Notes: generated from the letters alone by a model not told the origin. A stretch of 64,000 nt of DNA from an uncultured virus (IMG/VR IMGVR_UViG_2548877036_000001) (IMGVR_UViG_2548877036_000001), one strand, 5' to 3'. Counted from the stretch's first letter, positions 46,922 through 56,340 are shown. Program-made: numbers and translations.

Positions 46922-46996
46922 GCCTCCGTGGCGCAAAACGGATAGCGCACCGGCTTTCTACTCCGAGGGTTGCCGGTTCGAATCCGGCCGGGGGCA
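46922..46996 (+). tRNA. tRNA-Arg(TCT), weak anticodon stem
   Basis: CGG-CTTTCTACT-CCG; normal acceptor, D and T arms. Confidence 0.78.
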
Positions 46997-47018
46997 CCGA
47001 CAAGGTTCGAAAGATCCA

Positions 47019-47093
47019 CGGGCTGTGGGAAAGTTTGGTCAATCCGCCTGGCTGGGGGCCAGGAAATCGCGCGTTCGAATCGCGCCAGCCCGA
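47019..47093 (+). tRNA. tRNA-Pro(GGG)
   Basis: CCTGG-CTGGGGG-CCAGG. Confidence 0.88.
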
Positions 47094-47239
47094 CCGCCAG
47101 TTCGCACCCCATTGCCCCGTGAGGCGATGTACGGGGGTGAGGTCGACGAGAGTGTGATCGACAACCGCGTTACCGGTCGCTATTGCTCGTGCGGAGGCGA
47201 TTGATATGACTGAACCGTGAGATTGCCCAGGAGGCGGCC

Positions 47240-47476
47240 TTGTCGAAACACATAAGCCCCATGGGGGCCGTCAAAAAGGTTGCACAACAGAACAACCGAC
47301 TGAAGTCCTCGTACTACACCGCTGGAGAGAAACGTGCGATGAAAGCCGCACGCGAGAAACGGGCTGCCGCACGCGCCGAAGCCAGCGAGGAAGAGCTCCA
47401 GGATATGCTGGACGCCGATATGCGTTGGCTCGCCAGTCTTGACCCCAGGCTCAGCCAAAAAAGGTCTGACACTTAG
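47240..47476 (+). CDS. small basic hypothetical protein
   Basis: AGGAGG RBS, TTG start. Confidence 0.6.
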   Translation: MSKHISPMGAVKKVAQQNNRLKSSYYTAGEKRAMKAAREKRAAARAEASEEELQDMLDADMRWLASLDPRLSQKRSDT

Positions 47477-47543
47477 CCTTCGGCAACACTTCCCAACTTG
47501 AACATTGAGCTGGCCCAGCTCCACCCGCGCTAGCGCGGGTCCT

Positions 47544-47614
47544 GTCTCCGTGGCCGAGTGGTTAAGCAGCGGCCTGCAAAGCCGTCTACGCCGGTTCGAA
47601 TCCGGCCGGAGACT
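47544..47614 (+). tRNA. tRNA-Cys(GCA)
   Basis: GCGGC-CTGCAAA-GCCGT. Confidence 0.9.
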
Positions 47615-47643
47615 CAAAGCGCGGGCCCTGAGGTCCCGACGCT

Positions 47644-47718
47644 GCCCCTTTAGCTCAGATGGCCAGAGCGCCCGCCTCGTAAGCGGGAGGTTCGTGGGTT
47701 CGACTCCCGCAGGGGGCT
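47644..47718 (+). tRNA. tRNA-Thr(CGT)
   Basis: CCCGC-CTCGTAA-GCGGG. Confidence 0.9.
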
Positions 47719-47744
47719 CAAACAGGCACGTGCAGTGTCTGATT

Positions 47745-47818
47745 CGGGGTATGGGAAAGCTTGGCAATCCGCCTCGTTCGGGACGAGGAGACCGGCGGTT
47801 CAAATCCGTCTACCCCGA
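47745..47818 (+). tRNA. tRNA-Pro(CGG)
   Basis: CCTCG-TTCGGGA-CGAGG. Confidence 0.9.
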
Positions 47819-47843
47819 CGTTGGTTTTGCCCGCCACCTGGCA

Positions 47844-47883
47844 GTATCTTTTGGATAGATGATAGTATCTGCCAAACAGATAT
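47844..47883. promoter_or_regulatory. two tandem ATCT-N7-AGAT palindromes, candidate auto-operator
   Basis: GTATCTTTTGGATAGAT and GTATCTGCCAAACAGAT directly upstream of the RBS of 47897. Confidence 0.55.
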
Positions 47884-47896
47884 CGAAGGAGTGGAC

Positions 47897-48532
47897 ATGA
47901 CCTACCCCGACACGAGCATCGCGCACCCCACCGATATCGTCCGAGAGGCTGATGCGCCTTGGCATACGGGCGACGTGTTCAGCCTTCGCGGCTTGGTCGA
48001 CGCCACAGTGCTGATCCGCCCCTTATCCAGACACGTTTACGCATCACGATGGAGCCACGACGGTAGAGCAACGGCGATCGTCGCCGATATAGCGGTGCTA
48101 GAGGACCACAACCATGCCGCCAGCCTCTACAGCCAAGTCACCATTTTTCAGCCGAACGTTGTCAAGGCGCTGTGCGCGGTTCTGGACAATCCACATGTTT
48201 TCACCGTCGCCGGTGTGGTGTCCGTGATCGGCGACAGTGGGCGACGCGCCTGGGTACTCGCTCCGTTGCCAGAGGCCCTGATCCCCGCAGCTGCGGCAGA
48301 AGCAGCAGCGCGGGACTGGGACTATCCCCCGGACTACGACGCAATCGTGGGCCGCAAGATCGCCGCTCTGCGCAGCGATAAAGGACTTCCCCAGGCAGCC
48401 CTAGCGGGCGTTTTGGGTGTCATGCAGTCGGGCGTATCTGACATCGAATCCGGGCGGCGGTCATTGGACCTCAAGAAGCTGTACGCGATCGCAACAGCAT
48501 TGGGTGTACCAGTCAGCGACCTACTGCCCTGA
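47897..48532 (+). CDS. protein with C-terminal XRE HTH domain
   Basis: VGRKIAALRSDKGLPQAALAGVLGVMQSGVSDIESGRR. Confidence 0.85.
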   Translation: MTYPDTSIAHPTDIVREADAPWHTGDVFSLRGLVDATVLIRPLSRHVYASRWSHDGRATAIVADIAVLEDHNHAASLYSQVTIFQPNVVKALCAVLDNPHVFTVAGVVSVIGDSGRRAWVLAPLPEALIPAAAAEAAARDWDYPPDYDAIVGRKIAALRSDKGLPQAALAGVLGVMQSGVSDIESGRRSLDLKKLYAIATALGVPVSDLLP

Positions 48533-48578
48533 GGCAGACAAATTACGACGTCCGATTGCGTTGCGATAAAACAAATTT

Positions 48579-48664
48579 GGAGACGTGGCAGAGCGGCGAA
48601 TGCAACGCGTTGCTAGCGCGCAGTCGACACACATCGACCGAGGGTTCGAGTCCCTCCGTCTCCG
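48579..48664 (+). tRNA. tRNA-Ser(GCT)
   Basis: CGCG-TTGCTAG-CGCG; long variable arm. Confidence 0.85.
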
Positions 48665-48748
48665 CGGGGCATCACACACTTCGGGGTTCTTGTTCGCCAG
48701 TACACACTTTTCAGTAGCGTAAGTTTCTGCGCCGTGTGCCTGCCAGAG

Positions 48749-50323
48749 TCAAGCAGATGTGGCCGGTCGCTTACCGTTGATCGAAGAATGGGCAGCCTGC
48801 AGAACACCATCTGGCGTTGTGAACGGGTCCGCACCGAAGGTGTACAAGCGGCCGGTGCCGACACCCGTCGGATGCGCGATTGAGATTTGTTCGTCGCTCG
48901 TCATTTCGCTGAAGGGGAAAGTGCCGATGTCCACGGTCACGTCGTCGGGCACGAATGTGGCCCAACCCGTGATCCGTTCCCCTGGCTTCCATCCAGTGGC
49001 TTGTCGTTGCGCATCGGTGCCAAAAGAGGCTGTGTCAGCGCCCAGCATGCTTACCGCAAATTTGAGTACGTCTTTGATCAGGTCAGGAGTTGCGACTTCA
49101 CGTGCTGTGTCACCGGGCCCGAAGTCGATACGCAGGGATGAACGCAGCGGCGGCTGGTTCACAGCGGTTCCTGTTGACATGCCTGTGCGCAGCAGCAGCG
49201 TGATCGGTGCTTGGGCGGGAACGGCGGTGCGCAGATGCAAGATGTAGTTGTTTGAACTCAATACGATGAGGCGCCGGCGGACCGCTTCGTTGAGCTGGTC
49301 GACCGGTGTAGTTGCGAAGTCGACGGGTTGGCGCAGGTCATCTGGAATAGTTACAGCGGCACCTGCGAGTTCAGTGACCATCTCCCAACTCTGCAGGGCG
49401 GGGTGGCTCGCCAACTGCGTAAGGTACTGCGTAATGAGCTGTGCAGACGGGACGGCCGGCTCGAAGCGGAACGGCCACGATGCCACAGCTGTGGCCGTCG
49501 AGGAGACCGGCGGGGGTACGGCGGGTATCCAGTCAGGGCGGCCGGTATCCGGGTATCCCAGAGCCGCCCTGATCGCCAACGCGGCGTCCAATGGTGGGCG
49601 TAATGGATCGGCGCCGAGCGTGTAGATCGCACCTGGCGGGTTCGATGTTCTGTTGCCGCTCGTCGTGCGCAGAACCGAACTGACGAACTCGACGGGGAAA
49701 AGTGCCGAATTGACAATCGCCGCATCGGGAATGAAAGTCGCCCAGCCGATGGGTATTTGGTCAGATCCGAGGTCCCAGTTCTGCTGATCACGGAAATCGC
49801 TACTGAGGAAGGCCGCGTACAATCCTCCAAGATTGAGGGCGGCGATCATCGCCGTGATGATTGCTCCCGGTGTGGCGTGTGCAGCTGCCGATTCTTGTGT
49901 GTTGAACCTGAGCGCGGCGTAGTTCTGTATGCCGACAATCGAAGCCCCGACCCGCAATTCAAGGGAAACATCGAGAGTCGGATCACCGGAAGCTATACCA
50001 AGAAGCAGTGGATAGCCGTAGTCAGCCGACGCTGCCTGCAGCCCCGCGGCGAGTCGTTCGTTCAGCTCGTCAGTGGTCGATGCAGTAGTAATCGGTCGCC
50101 CCAGGTAGGGATCTGGAAGCGATTCAGGCAAGGGGCCGTCCGGTAACGGGTCGGGGGGCAGGTACTGATTCCATTGCGAAAAGCCGGGATCTAGTTCGGC
50201 CAGCATCCCCAGATAGCGCAAGATATCAGCTGCATGCTGGCTGGCTTGGTTTTGGAACAGGATCGAACTGTCCCAAGTCGATTGGAGGCTATACACATTC
50301 GGCATATCGTCGGGCGCAGTCAC
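48749..50323 (-). CDS. putative immunity protein with two tandem Imm52-like domains
   Basis: internal duplication YLGMLAELDP..W / YLTQLASHP..W, IGWATFIPD / TGWATFVPD, YTLGADP / YTFGADP; directly downstream of the REase toxin. Confidence 0.7.
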   Translation of the reverse strand: MTAPDDMPNVYSLQSTWDSSILFQNQASQHAADILRYLGMLAELDPGFSQWNQYLPPDPLPDGPLPESLPDPYLGRPITTASTTDELNERLAAGLQAASADYGYPLLLGIASGDPTLDVSLELRVGASIVGIQNYAALRFNTQESAAAHATPGAIITAMIAALNLGGLYAAFLSSDFRDQQNWDLGSDQIPIGWATFIPDAAIVNSALFPVEFVSSVLRTTSGNRTSNPPGAIYTLGADPLRPPLDAALAIRAALGYPDTGRPDWIPAVPPPVSSTATAVASWPFRFEPAVPSAQLITQYLTQLASHPALQSWEMVTELAGAAVTIPDDLRQPVDFATTPVDQLNEAVRRRLIVLSSNNYILHLRTAVPAQAPITLLLRTGMSTGTAVNQPPLRSSLRIDFGPGDTAREVATPDLIKDVLKFAVSMLGADTASFGTDAQRQATGWKPGERITGWATFVPDDVTVDIGTFPFSEMTSDEQISIAHPTGVGTGRLYTFGADPFTTPDGVLQAAHSSINGKRPATSA

Positions 50324-50342
50324 TAGCGTCTACCTCCAAAAC

Positions 50343-51155
50343 CTATGGTGTGTAAAAGACTTGGACGCCGCGCACGTTGCGCTTGGCGAGTTCTTCTCGG
50401 AAGAACTTTGAGAAGCTAAATGAATTGCAGTGCACCTGATAACCCATACCGTTCGCGAAACAGATCTTCGCCGCATCCTCCATCTGGTCAAGATCCTTGC
50501 GCAGCATGATCGGTCCGATTTTCGGGTCGCTGTACGCCTTGACGTAGGGGTCATACATCTTGCATTCCTGGGCATATCCGTCCCGATAGCCGTCGGTGAC
50601 CTTGTCACGCCCGTATCGGTCCTTGCCCGGCAGCTTGTAGCCATAACCGCGTGGCACACCAGTGACACGCTCCTGATAGTCGCCCCATTCAGCCTTTCGA
50701 TCTCCACCTTGCCGTTGGTACGTTCCGGTACCGCCAAGGTTCTGCTGTGGGATCGAACCAGCCGGTAGCTGCCCCAGGCTCTTGGCCACCTGAGCCTCAC
50801 CACGTGCAACCAAAGCGCGGGCTTCGTCGTCCAGCTGCTTGTATGCCGCCCTGACAGCGTCAATTTGTGCGTTGTTGTCGTCAATTTGACGATCCAGCGC
50901 GTTCGAACGCGCGATTAGGTCGGCCCTTCGCCTGTTCCATGCCTGCCCCTCTGGCTCCGGAGCCGTTGGAGGCGGCTTCGATGCTGCGAGGCTGTCCCAT
51001 TCGGCTTCTAGCGCCTGCCGCTGAGCATCCAACGCCGCGCGCCGTGCCTTAACTGACTCCCCGCGGCGATCTACCTCTTGCACCCGCCCCCACAACAGCC
51101 GGAGTTGAATCTGAATATCCCGGGACCACCGCGAGTCAGCGTCTGGGTGTGTCAT
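50343..51155 (-). CDS. coiled-coil protein with C-terminal Tox-REase-5-like nuclease
   Basis: YQERVTG...TDGYRDGYAQECK PD-(D/E)xK-type motif; start uncertain (51155 or 51239). Confidence 0.72.
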   Translation of the reverse strand: MTHPDADSRWSRDIQIQLRLLWGRVQEVDRRGESVKARRAALDAQRQALEAEWDSLAASKPPPTAPEPEGQAWNRRRADLIARSNALDRQIDDNNAQIDAVRAAYKQLDDEARALVARGEAQVAKSLGQLPAGSIPQQNLGGTGTYQRQGGDRKAEWGDYQERVTGVPRGYGYKLPGKDRYGRDKVTDGYRDGYAQECKMYDPYVKAYSDPKIGPIMLRKDLDQMEDAAKICFANGMGYQVHCNSFSFSKFFREELAKRNVRGVQVFYTP

Positions 51156-51519
51156 CTTGGCCGCGCTACAAGGCCGGTGTTCGACATATGTAGACCCCCA
51201 TTCAGCAAACCAACACCCTTTGGAAGCGGAAGCTACCACTCACGGCAAACAGCCACAATCCGAACGAGTCACTAAGTCAGCTGAGGCCGTATGCGCTTAA
51301 CGACCCCAATAACCAAAAGAGCCTTACCAGCGATCCGTCATCGACCAAGCCCCCTTGTTGAGCTGTGCCCTGCGGCAACGTGGGTGTCCCACGCCTCCCA
51401 CCACGGGGAGAATTCGCAGTTCCTGGGACCGGTTCAACCGTGACTGTCCGAGCTCAGTAATACCCTGCCACTAGGCTGCGTGCGAGTGCCCGCGGCGCCA
51501 GAGGAGGTTGAGGGGCCGA

Positions 51520-52185
51520 GTGACCGCAGACGAATTCGTCAACAGAATGTCCGGCTACAGCTACATCTCGACGAGGTCGCGACACTACCGGGATACCCTC
51601 CGGGCGGCTCGACTGGGACATCTGGCGCCAAACTGGCGCGACAACCTGCGTCCTATCTCCGCTCAGGTTGGCGGCCCGGAGTACCACGTCGATGCTGAGG
51701 CCACTGCGGTGGCCGAGCTACAGAACCTGCCAATCATGCCGTGGGAGCCGCATCAAGCCGATTGGCGGATGGCACTTGACTGCTGGTACTCCGCAGCTCG
51801 GAAAGCTGCCGTAGAGGATTATGCGAACAAGGCGCTCGAGAGCCTGGAACAGTTACGGAGAAGCCCGATGGTCGAGGCCTTGATTCCGGGACGGAAGCTT
51901 GCCGGCAGCATTCTCACCCTGGTTGCGCCGCACGACAACCGTGTGAATGAGACGCGCCATTTGCAGGACTGGCTTTACGTCACCGAGACAATCAGTCTTA
52001 CAGCCGCCTATATGGCAGGGCTTGCAGCCGGAGGGGAAGAGATCGATTGGCGAAGCTGGTACCGCGAACAGATCACGGCGTGGCCTGACGGGCACATGAT
52101 GCGTCGCCGCGCCGAAGCTGAGATCAACTACGGGACTTACGAACGCCTCCCCGAGTACTGGATGAACGAACAGTCCCCCAGCTGA
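51520..52185 (+). CDS. hypothetical protein
   Basis: GAGGGG RBS, GTG 51520. Confidence 0.7.
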   Translation: MTADEFVNRMSGYSYISTRSRHYRDTLRAARLGHLAPNWRDNLRPISAQVGGPEYHVDAEATAVAELQNLPIMPWEPHQADWRMALDCWYSAARKAAVEDYANKALESLEQLRRSPMVEALIPGRKLAGSILTLVAPHDNRVNETRHLQDWLYVTETISLTAAYMAGLAAGGEEIDWRSWYREQITAWPDGHMMRRRAEAEINYGTYERLPEYWMNEQSPS

Positions 52186-52190
52186 CGGAA

Positions 52191-52433
52191 TTATCCAGCC
52201 GAGCCTGAAGGCCGGCCAGTATCCCAGTCCCACACAGGGTCCGGAACCGGCAACGGAATGTATTCGCCGCCTTCGCGTTCGGCCTGCTCGCGTGCGGCGT
52301 CTTCTCCATCTGCGGTGTACGTGACAAACGTGGCCGGACGCCCCGGAAGTCGAACCATCGACGTAATGTCCGCGAGAGTGACACCGCGACGCTTCGGCGT
52401 TTCACGATTGTGCACTGGGGTGGGTTCACTCAC
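52191..52433 (-). CDS. small hypothetical protein
   Basis: 80-aa ORF with protein-like composition. Confidence 0.6.
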   Translation of the reverse strand: MSEPTPVHNRETPKRRGVTLADITSMVRLPGRPATFVTYTADGEDAAREQAEREGGEYIPLPVPDPVWDWDTGRPSGSAG

Positions 52434-52499
52434 GGTGAGTCAGTATCGCAGTCGCTGGCGACAATGCCGCGCACCACGCTGGAGCTCTGTCCGTGCCCG

Positions 52500-53252
52500 C
52501 TACTTGGGCGCTGGCGGAGCAGGCTCAGCGACGGTCCACGCTCCCGACGACCCGATGAGCCTTCCGGCCCCGGCCGTTTCGGCGCGCGCACCCGACAGCG
52601 GGCCTGTGACGTCGGCAGCGCCAGAAGTGATCTTGGCGGTGCGCCCATTGAGCGTGATCGAAATGACCCCGGCTGCGGTGAACACCGCAGTCGCCTTCTC
52701 GGCGCGATACACGGTCTGGGTGCTGCCGGGAATCGTGTTCTCCACGCGAGCCTGCGGACCGGGTAGCAGCGCGGCTGTCGCGGTGCGCAACGGGAAGGCG
52801 ATGTCACCGAACAGCGCTCCGACGTTCACCCATCCCTCGAAAGCGGTCGGTACACCGATCGAGGCCCAGAACGAGGAGTTTCCACGCAGGTACACCAAGT
52901 TCGCCGCGACCAGCAGGTCCGCCGATTCCGCTCCGGATCGCACCTTGCCGATCGAGTCGCCGGTGGCGGCCTGGACGGTCTCGGTCACTTCGAAGCGGGC
53001 CACCGCGGTGGTGACTTGGCTCTCGACATGAACGAAGCCGTTGCTGAGCTCGGAGCGTGCGTCTGCTACCGCGGCAAGCTCCATCACGGACAGCTCACGT
53101 TCGGGCGGGGGTGGCGGTAGCACCGGATCCCGCAGCACCAGCCAGGCGACGATCGGCACAGCTGCCAGCGCCCACACGAGCGCGATCACTAGTCCGCTAC
53201 GTGCGGCCTTCTGCTTCAGAGTCAGTCCGGGCAGTTCCCACATTTCGCGCAC
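52500..53252 (-). CDS. membrane-anchored protein
   Basis: N-terminal TM then poly-Pro; VYLRGNSSFW motif. Confidence 0.75.
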   Translation of the reverse strand: MREMWELPGLTLKQKAARSGLVIALVWALAAVPIVAWLVLRDPVLPPPPPERELSVMELAAVADARSELSNGFVHVESQVTTAVARFEVTETVQAATGDSIGKVRSGAESADLLVAANLVYLRGNSSFWASIGVPTAFEGWVNVGALFGDIAFPLRTATAALLPGPQARVENTIPGSTQTVYRAEKATAVFTAAGVISITLNGRTAKITSGAADVTGPLSGARAETAGAGRLIGSSGAWTVAEPAPPAPK

Positions 53253-53367
53253 AGTCGCTTCTCCCTTGTCACTGGTCCCCTGCGTGGGGTCGCGGCGGAA
53301 GTTATCCGTTGTGCACGAGGAGTCCCGACAGCGGCGCGGGCATGTGAGCCAAGTGGCGGGGCTGCGG

Positions 53368-54594
53368 TCAAGGAGATGGCATTCTTACTCGTCGGGCGGC
53401 GTTAATCACCGCGGTACGTACGGCGCTGTCTGTGGGGTTTCCGGCCCGTATCAGGGCGGTGAGCGCCCGCTCGTACTCTTCTCCCGGGTCAGAGGCTACT
53501 TCCTTTGACAAGATGGCGATCGTAGCGTTGAGGGTTAGCACATCTAGCGATTGACCGAAGCTCCACATGCTGTCAGCCCACGGTTCCCCGTAGACATCTG
53601 CCAGCTGCTTGTTGATGTCCACTAATGCGTGGCGCAGAGACAGTTCATGTGCTTTATCGACAGTCAACGTGGTTTCGTCTTCGGGCCAATTGAAGAAAGC
53701 TTCGAACGCTGGCTTACCCCGATAGCGTCCGCGACCTCCGTCGGCATTGGCCACGAGGTATTGGGTGGCGCGGTGGCGATGTTCGTGCGGGAAGGCGTAC
53801 ACCCTGAGGTCTTGAACGATCCAGCGTCCCCAAAGTTCGCGGCTTACGGCGTTGGCGATGCGCTGCGCGGTCTCTGGCTTGAGTGCTGACAAGGCACGAT
53901 CGGCTTCAGTGAATAAGCCGACGCCGCCGGCAGTTGATGAACGCAGCTTCCGCGGCGGGCGAATAAGGCGGCCGCGCTCATCCGGTGTGGGACTGCTGCC
54001 GTACTTAGCCACAATCCGCGCCAGCTGGCCTCGCGCGTGATCTTCCCCCAAGACCGGCCTGGACCAACGCGGATGTTCCATCTCAAGCCGCACCCTCAGA
54101 TAGGCAGGTGAATACTCGCATAGTTCAAGCAATGCCGGGGACGCGGGGTCGCGCTCCTCTAAAATCTCGCGTATCTGAGATGGTATGTCAGAGAACAAGA
54201 TTGAACCGCCATTGGCGAGTAGAGCCGCGTACTGCCGGATGAGGTGAGCTGCCCGGGCTTCGACGAGACCGTCAGGGAGCTGGCGCGGCAGCCGTTCGCC
54301 GTAAATTCCGCGGGCGAGCACCGCCTCACGGCTCGTACGGTCGCTATTTCCGCGGAATTTCTCGATCAGGCCCATACGATCACCCCTTCTCTCCTGAACC
54401 GTCAGCTGGAGACCAAGTGCGTCGGCGATGTCAGCGACGATTCCTATTTCGCCGCGTGGATGCCCGGCCTCGATCTTGGAGATGGACTGGCGCGTAACTC
54501 CAGACCGCTCCGCCAGATCGACAAGGCTCCAGTTCTTCGCCGTTCGCGCCGCCTCCAAGGCGCGTCCGATGCGCCACACATCATCCTTGGTCAC
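53368..54594 (-). CDS. XRE-HTH fused to an uncharacterised C-terminal domain
   Basis: IGRALEAARTAKNWSLVDLAERSGVTRQSISKIEAG. Confidence 0.8.
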   Translation of the reverse strand: MTKDDVWRIGRALEAARTAKNWSLVDLAERSGVTRQSISKIEAGHPRGEIGIVADIADALGLQLTVQERRGDRMGLIEKFRGNSDRTSREAVLARGIYGERLPRQLPDGLVEARAAHLIRQYAALLANGGSILFSDIPSQIREILEERDPASPALLELCEYSPAYLRVRLEMEHPRWSRPVLGEDHARGQLARIVAKYGSSPTPDERGRLIRPPRKLRSSTAGGVGLFTEADRALSALKPETAQRIANAVSRELWGRWIVQDLRVYAFPHEHRHRATQYLVANADGGRGRYRGKPAFEAFFNWPEDETTLTVDKAHELSLRHALVDINKQLADVYGEPWADSMWSFGQSLDVLTLNATIAILSKEVASDPGEEYERALTALIRAGNPTDSAVRTAVINAARRVRMPSP

Positions 54595-54784
54595 TTGAGG
54601 TAGCGTACGCGCACTGATTCCAAACGGTCAACGTACGTTAACGCGGCGCGGTCGGGCCACGGCTAAAGCGGTAGCTAGGACCTGCCTGTATCTGACACCA
54701 ACTGCGGGTCGCTCACACACCGCTACACATCACGACGGTCAGACCGGGCGCGACTACCAATTCTTCAGGGGCTGGTAAACCTAC

Positions 54785-55819
54785 TCAGTAACGAGGCATC
54801 TCGTCACCGAGTGAGTTCTTCTCCCCAGGATCGTCCGAGGTGTTCAGGAAGTCCTCTGATGTGTCGATCAGGTTGTCGAGATATTGGCGAGCGTCGATGA
54901 CCGCCTGATGCTTCTGAAAGTCCGGCTCATGCGCCCACGGAGCGTGCACGGCTCCCTGCCATGCGTCGGCGGCGCGGTACGCCTCGATCGCAGCTAGCAC
55001 TTCATGTGGACTGCGGCTGGGATACTCGTCGGTCACCAGCCTGCATTCGCCGCCGCTCTCAAATGCCTTGGCGAGCTTCTGCTCCGGTGTTTCCGATTCC
55101 AACTTCCGCGCAATCGCGAACACCGGATACGGCCTTCCACCCCACACCCCCTTTAACGAGTGGGTTCCGAGGAGATATGCCTTGCGTTCGCGCTTGTCCT
55201 TGCCGTCGTTGTAGTGCTTGAACAGAAGGTGGGCCACTTCGACGGTCAGGACGAAATAGCCACGCGCGGCGAACTTCAAGACGCGAAACCCCGTGTCGAT
55301 GCTCGGCCCGACAAAGTCCATCGCGAAATTGACCACGAACTTGCCCTCGGTGTCGGCCTTGTTCAACATCGTCTCGTTGATCTGCTCTGGATCGAGCTGT
55401 GATCCGCTCTCGGAAATCTGCACTGTGCGAGGGATCGCGACGCGCCGATCGGGTGCCGGAACCGTTGCCAGGAAGGCCCCGCCTTTGAGGGTCATCGGCG
55501 TCTTGACGAGTAGATGTTGGGTCTCGAACTCAAGCATGGTGTCAGTCCATGCGTCGACGGCGTCGCTGCAGTCCTTCTCCGACTTGATCCGGATCGAGAA
55601 GATCAGCTCGTCACCGATGGCCTTCCACAGCGAGAGCCGGCCCTGCAAATCCGGATACAACTCGACGATCCTTGCCGCCAGCAGCGACGGGAACTCTGTA
55701 TAGAAGGCCAGGAACGTCGCAACCCACCTGGCCTCGCTCTTCTGCTTGAACTGCGTGGAGTTCTGTAGGTCGCAAGAGAGAAAGAGAATGGAACCGTCTT
55801 CGTTGAGACCAGCGGCCAT
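54785..55819 (-). CDS. class III nucleotide-cyclase-like protein
   Basis: LFLSCDLQNST, WKAIGDELIF, DFVGPSIDTGFRV correspond to the two metal-binding Asp motifs and the G..N...R helix of adenylate/guanylate cyclases. Confidence 0.65.
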   Translation of the reverse strand: MAAGLNEDGSILFLSCDLQNSTQFKQKSEARWVATFLAFYTEFPSLLAARIVELYPDLQGRLSLWKAIGDELIFSIRIKSEKDCSDAVDAWTDTMLEFETQHLLVKTPMTLKGGAFLATVPAPDRRVAIPRTVQISESGSQLDPEQINETMLNKADTEGKFVVNFAMDFVGPSIDTGFRVLKFAARGYFVLTVEVAHLLFKHYNDGKDKRERKAYLLGTHSLKGVWGGRPYPVFAIARKLESETPEQKLAKAFESGGECRLVTDEYPSRSPHEVLAAIEAYRAADAWQGAVHAPWAHEPDFQKHQAVIDARQYLDNLIDTSEDFLNTSDDPGEKNSLGDEMPRY

Positions 55820-56340
55820 CAGGTGAGCAGGCCGAGAAATTCGGCACGGACCCTCGCCGCTGGAACAGACACCTCGAAGTGCCGGGCGACTGTCGCCAAG
55901 TTGTGGTTCGACTCGGCGAACACCTTGCTGAACGCGGGCGCGGGCATCAAGAGATTCGATGCGAATACATTCGCTTGCGTCTCAGCGGGATTGCGGCCCA
56001 GCCGGGTAAACCTGGAGACCCGCTCACCGGTGAGATGTGTGTCGGGGGCCCGGTTGTGCAGGAAGTAGTGCCCGAGCTCATGGGCGATCGTGAATCTGTC
56101 GCGCAGCCGTGAGGTGTGGGTAGGGATGATCACGGTGAAGTCGCGGGGGCTGCGAATTTCGAGCGACTCGACACGTTCGTCAACAACGATGTCGCCGCCG
56201 AGCTTGTTCAGCAGAGCATGCACGTCAACGTGGCCGCTCTCATCGATGACCTCGTGCTGGCACGCGATTTCCTCGGCATACGCCGCGATCGCGGAGTACG
56301 ACAACTTCGACAGCGGTGCCTGAACCGCAGCTTGAGTCAT
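55819..56340 (-). CDS. ImmA/IrrE-family (DUF955) Zn metallopeptidase
   Basis: RDRFTIAHELGHYFLH, ETQANVFASNLLMP, VARHFEVS; TGATG-coupled to the cyclase-like gene. Confidence 0.9.
   Translation of the reverse strand: MTQAAVQAPLSKLSYSAIAAYAEEIACQHEVIDESGHVDVHALLNKLGGDIVVDERVESLEIRSPRDFTVIIPTHTSRLRDRFTIAHELGHYFLHNRAPDTHLTGERVSRFTRLGRNPAETQANVFASNLLMPAPAFSKVFAESNHNLATVARHFEVSVPAARVRAEFLGLLT

Noticed and set aside
39218..48664. tmRNA, RNase P RNA, rRNA or suppressor tRNA in the array
   Set aside because: No tmRNA termini, RNase P or rRNA signatures seen; the CTA within the Arg(TCT) loop is off-centre.
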